This document shows positions 35,130-40,216 of a DNA stretch of 40,216 bases, piece by piece. Origin of the DNA: Tubiluchus corallicola (lineage: Eukaryota > Animalia > Priapulida); the NCBI GenBank assembly GCA_030141605.1, contig JAQGDQ010000354.1, positions 205,165 to 245,380 of the forward strand. The letters are read 5' to 3'. The position numbers and the translations under genes were made by a program. Below the pieces are notes generated by a model, which worked only from the letters and a program-made list of their open reading frames with translations, had not been told where the DNA came from and ran no database searches. Positions within the stretch are counted from its first letter, which is position 1. Every line of letters starts with the position of its first letter.

Positions 35130-35657
35130 CAGGGATGAGAATTTTCCACGGATATGCCGAATTCTGAGTTTTTGGAAGACCAGTAGTGCCATTTTTGTAA
35201 ATCGCATAAATTCGTTGAGAAAATTTTTACGGACCCAGTACATTATTTCACAAACTGACCGCTAGTTGGCAGGCCGTCACTTTGTTTAAATCACGTACAT
35301 CAGTGTAACCACCTGTATATCTCTATGTATAAAAATATAGAATCAATTGTGCGGAGTTATTTGAGTCAATTGCAGACAGTTTTTATATACTTTTGCATAG
35401 GAGCGGCCAGTACTTAGGCATTTTTGAGACAATTAGGTATCATGTATCCTTGATAGTTGAGTATTTTAAATTATGCATGAAACAAGGTAACTGATATTTT
35501 AAGTTCACTTAGAGGTTCTCTGTTGTTACTGTTCTCTGTTGAACCTCTGGTGTAGAGGTTCTCACTTAGAATTTGTTGCTGGCTCCAAGGGGCCTAGGTG
35601 GCCCCAAAAACCCCGGCCTGTTTCGGAGTTTTTTGCAATTTGTCATTCTCATCCCTG
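35130..35657 (+). mobile_element. MITE family B, full copy
   Basis: Same TIRs and body as 28658-29159; TSD not recognisable (tgtagg / catttg). Confidence 0.9.
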
Positions 35658-35700
35658 CATTTGACTGAAGTGTCAACAAAGAAAACTTCTGTATTTTCAG

Positions 35701-35777
35701 ATCGAGGAATTTTGCTGACTTTTGGTAGTGGTGCCCATGGATGTCTAGGGCATGGTAACTATAATGATGTTTCACAG
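35701..35777 (+). CDS. NEK8: NEK8 exon 9
   Basis: (D)RGILLTFGSGAHGCLGHGNYNDVSQ; RCC1 repeat. Confidence 0.96.
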
Positions 35778-36678
35778 GTGTGAATTGTAAAGCATTTTAA
35801 TGAACATTCTTCAAATTGAAATTGCTGGGGAAAATGTAAAGAAAAATTACAATAAGCCTTTTCACAGTTTCAGCGTTTTATGATGATTGCGAAAAGGTCA
35901 AAGGTTAAATGTACCAGACAACACATTTGTGTACAATTGACAACGCCTCACAGCCCATGCTGTTGTAATAGTAACAGTTTTAACAGCTAGCTAGAACCTT
36001 ACCTAGTTCATTTTTTCTTGTTCCCAAGCAAGATCCTGCTAGTAAACCGCTCTACGCACAGACTAGTACATGGTTAAGTAAAGTCCATATAAAATAACTG
36101 AATATACAGAACTGATGTGGCAGCTGGCTTTGCTTTATCCACGCATGAGGTGACGGTTGTGGTTAAGACGCATTGCTGTGGTACACTTAACCTATGACCT
36201 ACAGCAAGTGCGTGTGCGCATAATGAAACTGTGAAAGGGTTCAGTATCTTGAAAGTGAAATTTCAGCAGTATGCCATGTAATGCAAAGTTTTTGTACAGC
36301 AGTACGAGCGAGGATGATAGCTAAATTAAATTGTTTGACTACTTTTAATATAATCTATCATGATGCTGTTATCTGCACGGCATAAGAAAACAGCATAAGC
36401 AGTTTGGCTCGAATAAATATCCTTTTAACTAAAACAAATACAGAAGCATGGCATTTTCCAAGTTTCCAAACCAATTGCTAGTAGTATTTGCCAATAATCA
36501 ATCAATCTATCTTTATCAATAACTGTCACCCTTTTTGGAATCACCGTCAATCACTGGAATTCTGAAAAAGTTTATTATTCATAAATAAAGTTTTGCAGTC
36601 TTCATACACGGCGCACAACAGCATGCTGCTGATTTGAAGGAATTAGTGCATTTAAGTTCAATAGACTTTCTTGTTCAG

Positions 36679-36796
36679 GCAAAAATAGTAGAAGCTCTAC
36701 TGGGATTTGAAATAGTTGACGTATCTTGTGGAACGACTCATGTGATGGTTATTACAAACGACAATGAGGTTTATTCTTGGGGTCGAGGTGATAATG
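36679..36796 (+). CDS. NEK8: NEK8 exon 10
   Basis: AKIVEALLGFEIVDVSCGTTHVMVITNDNEVYSWGRGDNG; RCC1 repeat; donor gtaagt. Confidence 0.96.
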
Positions 36797-36800
36797 GTAA

Positions 36801-37996
36801 GTGACTGAACTTTTGCACGCGACTGCGCTTTTGCACGCCACTGCACTTTTGTACTTGACTGAACTTTTATACGTGACTGCACTTTTGTACGTGACTGAAC
36901 TTTTGCACGCGACTGCACTTTTGTACGCGACTGCGCTTTTGTACGTGACTGAACTTTTGTACGTGACTGCACTTTTGTACGTGACTGAACTTTTGCACGC
37001 GACTGCGCTTTTGTACGCGACTGCGCTTTTGTACGTGACTGAACTTTTGTATGTGACTGCACTTTTGTACTCGACTGCACTTTTGTACGCGACTGCACTT
37101 TTGTACATGACTGAATTTTAGTATGTGACTGCACTTTTGTACGTGACTGAACTTTTGCACGCGACTGCACTTTTGTACGCGACTGCGCTTTTGTACGTGA
37201 CTGAACTTTTGTACGTGACTGCACTTTTGTACGTGACTGAACTTTTGCACGCGACTGCGCTTTTGTACGCGACTGCGCTTTTGTACGTGACTGAACTTTT
37301 GTATGTGACTGCACTTTTGTACTCGACTGCACTTTTGTACGCGACTGCACTTTTGTACATGACTGAATTTTAGTACGTGACTGCACTTTTGTACGTGACT
37401 GAACTTTTGCACGCGACTGCGCTTTTGCACGCCACTGCACTTTTGTAAGCGACTGAACTTTTGTACGTGACTGCACCTTTGTACGCGACTGAACTTTTGT
37501 ATGTGACGTGACTGAACTTTTGTACGTGACTGCACTTTTGTACGTGACTGCACTTTTGTACGTGACTGAACTTTTGTACGTGACTGCACTTTTGTACGTG
37601 ACTAAACTTTTGTACGTGACTAAACTTTTGTACACGACTGAACTTTTGCATGTGACTGCACTTTTGTACGTGACAGAACTTTTGTACGCGACTGCGCTTT
37701 TGCACGTGGCTGCACTTTTGCACGCAACTGAACTTCTGCTGCACTTTTGTACGCAACTGAACTTTTGTACGTGACTGCGCTTTTGTACTTGACTGCATTT
37801 TTGCACGCCACTGCACTTTTGCACGCCACTGCACTTTTGTATGCGACTGAACTTTTGTACGTGACTGCGTTTTTGTACGTGACTGAATTTTTGCACGCGA
37901 CTGCACTTTTGTACGTGACTGAATTTTTGCACGCGACTGCACTTTTGCATGCGACTGCACTTTTTTACGTGACTGAATTTTTGCACGCGACTGAAC
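36801..37996. repeat. 18-bp minisatellite, ~66 copies, with a 252-bp higher-order duplication
   Basis: Unit gtgactg(a/c)acttttgtac; explains all ORFs from 36697 to 38019. Confidence 0.99.
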
Positions 37997-38073
37997 GTCT
38001 GTGTCCTATTCTTAATTAATCAATCAGTCTGATAGCTGTTTAAGTTTTCTACAGAGCTTTTTTTAACTTGCAG

Positions 38074-38224
38074 GACGTTTGGGTCTTGGAAACCAGGAGT
38101 CTTTTGCTTCACCTCAACTTGTACCAATAATCGAAGGTTATCAGGGGCGAAGCATTCACTGTGGTGTGGATGGATCTATGCTGGTGACAACAATCGGAGA
38201 AGTTTTAGCTTGTGGTAGCAATAG
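38074..38224 (+). CDS. NEK8: NEK8 exon 11 (gene continues beyond the window)
   Basis: RLGLGNQESFASPQLVPIIEGYQGRSIHCGVDGSMLVTTIGEVLACGSNR; donor AG|gtatca; no stop codon reached. Confidence 0.96.
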
Positions 38225-38337
38225 GTATCATGAATTCTAAGCTTTACTATCATATATGTTTGATTCCTTCCATTGGGTTACTGCTATTTTCTCTGTCATA
38301 TTTCTCATACAAGTGGCAGCATTTGATGTGTCAGTTT

Positions 38338-38654
38338 CAGGGATGAGAATTTTCCGCGGATACGCGGAATTCCGAGTTTTTGGAAGACCCAATAGTGCCA
38401 ATTTTGTAAATCGCGTAAATTCGTGGAGAAAATTTTTACGGACCCAGTGCATTATTTCACAAACTGACCGCTAGTTGGCAGGCCGTCACTTTGTTTACAT
38501 CACGTACATCAGTGTAACCACTTGTATATCTCTATGTATAAAAATATAGAATCAATTGTGCAGAGTTATTTGAGTCAATTGCAGACAGTTTTATGCGGCC
38601 CCCAAACCCCCGGCCTGTTTGAGAGTTTTTTGCAATTTGTCAATCTCATCCCTG
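38338..38654 (+). mobile_element. MITE family B, internally deleted copy
   Basis: Both TIRs present; flanked by CAGTTT on both sides (38332-38337, 38655-38660). Confidence 0.92.
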
Positions 38655-38669
38655 CAGTTTAGTGTCAAG

Positions 38670-39693
38670 TAGGGCTGAGATGGTTAGGCTTCTTAACTAA
38701 GCATTTAAATGTTATTAATTGCAGTCAGTTAACCATTCAACCTTTCCCTATGCCGTCATACATATAAGAAATACATATAACGCATGCACATGACTTGTGT
38801 CATACACGACTAATGGTGCGGTTCAAATCTAGCATGCACCGGGGACAATGTCCAATGTGGCGGCATCCTCGTAATGTATGCAGGGGTGGGGTGCAAATCT
38901 AGTGTGCGCCAGTGAGTATTTCCAACATGCCGGCATCCTCGTAACATACGCGAGTGAAAAACTTTTTGCAATTAACCGTTTACATGTTTCTTAGGCAATC
39001 AGATTAATTGAAACAATGTTGTAAATAGTGCAGTTTTATGTAAGCTGGACATTGCTAACTGCGTACACCAAATCAGGAAAGATACAAGGTTTTATTAATA
39101 TGGTTGCGTAGAAAACTTTATTAAGTAACGGTTAAATGGTTAGTGATTTTGTAAACGGTTAAACTGTTAAACCAGGGGTGTGCAAATTATCTGACTAGCC
39201 GGGCCACATTAAACGTACCCGCAATTCCTGTGGGCCACAGGCAGTTTGATCAAGTACAGAAAGGCCTAATAACGATTTTTTTTGCATCCGACCTGTGTAC
39301 ATCATTACTACTACACTCGAGAAACTATTTTGGAAGTTATTGAAATTTATATTACAAACCATATATTTCTACTTTCAGGACAGATAGTGGTAATTTCATT
39401 ACAATGCATATTAGTAATGTGTATCACACAGTCTGTGTAGTACAGTGACGTTAAGCTACAACCGTCTTGTAAGGGTTAATGGCATCCGATCTAGTAGAAA
39501 AAACTACCCGCACTATCTTTGGGATCGTGGCACGGACTTCAGCTGGATACACTCAATTAATCGCCCGGGCCGAACTTTCATTAGGTTGACAAATCTCTTT
39601 GTGGGTTGCACAAATTCTCTTGGCGGGCCGAAAGTGGCCCGCGGGCTGCAGTTTGCACACCCCTGAGTTGAACCATTAAGCGTCTCAATCTTA
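38670..39693. mobile_element. hAT-like non-autonomous element (host of a nested insertion)
   Basis: Ends tagggctgagatggtta / taagcgtctcaatctta; 8-bp flanks gtgtcaag / ttgtcaag. Confidence 0.7.
39173..39665 (+). mobile_element. hAT (Charlie-like) MITE family C, copy 2
   Basis: TIR caggggtgtgcaaa / tttgcacacccctg with ggcccgcgggc subterminal motif; flanks tgttaaac / agttgaac; reverse complement of 7232-7692. Confidence 0.9.
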
Positions 39694-40216
39694 TTGTCAA
39701 GCGGTAAACAATGTTCTCGAAAAAATGTTACCAAGGTTTTTACAATGGGTGTAGGCCTATCTTGACATTTTTAAAAGTATAAGAGCATTAGAGTTTTAAC
39801 AAAACATGTCTGTTTCATAAGCAACCCACTATATAACAAATTTGATTTAAATTTTATTAGAAAAAATATTTTTTACATATTTCCTGATGATTACTACTAG
39901 TGTGCAATAGGACTATTACATTTTTCTAATAAAAATTTAACAAAATTTGTTATATAGTGAATTGTTTAAACAATATTTTTCTTTGATAAGAAATATTACA
40001 ATGTTAAGTACTTTTGGTTTGAAGAAACCAAAAAAAACTTGAAATTTAGTTTTAAGATTCTATTCTGAAATGTCTACATAAACAGTGAAGTAGTGTCATG
40101 TTGAAAAGCAGAAAACCAAGTGACCAAAAACTACAGGTGAAATCATTTAGGTGTGAAAACAGGTTTAGAGATTATGCATTCCTAAACACTGTAGAAGCCA
40201 CTGAACATTTAAACAG

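Noticed and set aside
36697-38019. 429-aa antisense ORF and overlapping ORFs
   Set aside because: 18-bp minisatellite artefacts.
21410-38224. Alternative identity as NEK9
   Set aside because: The kinase starts at residue 4 with no N-terminal extension, and [28 protein letters not shown] and GRTQKAGVT are NEK8-type motifs.
40190-40216. Terminal ...aaacag as the acceptor of NEK8 exon 12
   Set aside because: Weak pyrimidine tract and no downstream sequence to test.

Overview
Eukaryotic, AT-rich animal genomic DNA, probably an invertebrate; the taxon cannot be fixed from the sequence. Most long ORFs in the supplied track are artefacts of micro- and minisatellites. Three spliced genes can be rebuilt by hand with GT-AG sites and consistent exon phases. 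(1) An unrecognised secreted, Cys-free, Lys/His-rich protein of about 210 aa on the minus strand (exons 13371-13315, 6816-6598, 4686-4548, 3641-3424). (2) NDUFB7, complex I subunit B18, on the minus strand (20852-20729, 20300-20129, 15320-15224; 130 aa). (3) NEK8, a NIMA kinase with RCC1 repeats, on the plus strand (11 exons from 21410 to 38224, 3' part outside the window), head-to-head with NDUFB7 with 557 bp between the ATGs. Introns are packed with nested non-autonomous DNA transposons, LINE 3' remnants, a tRNA-derived and a 5S-derived SINE, an LTR+PBS fragment and a series of unrelated minisatellites. The most unusual items are the orphan secreted precursor, an ORF-less heat-shock-type promoter (three HSE clusters plus TATA) inside its first intron, a hammerhead-like core in the same intron, a MITE family with 6-bp target duplications present four times in NEK8, and a duplicated decoy acceptor before NEK8 exon 3. 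All assignments are by eye; no database searches were run.
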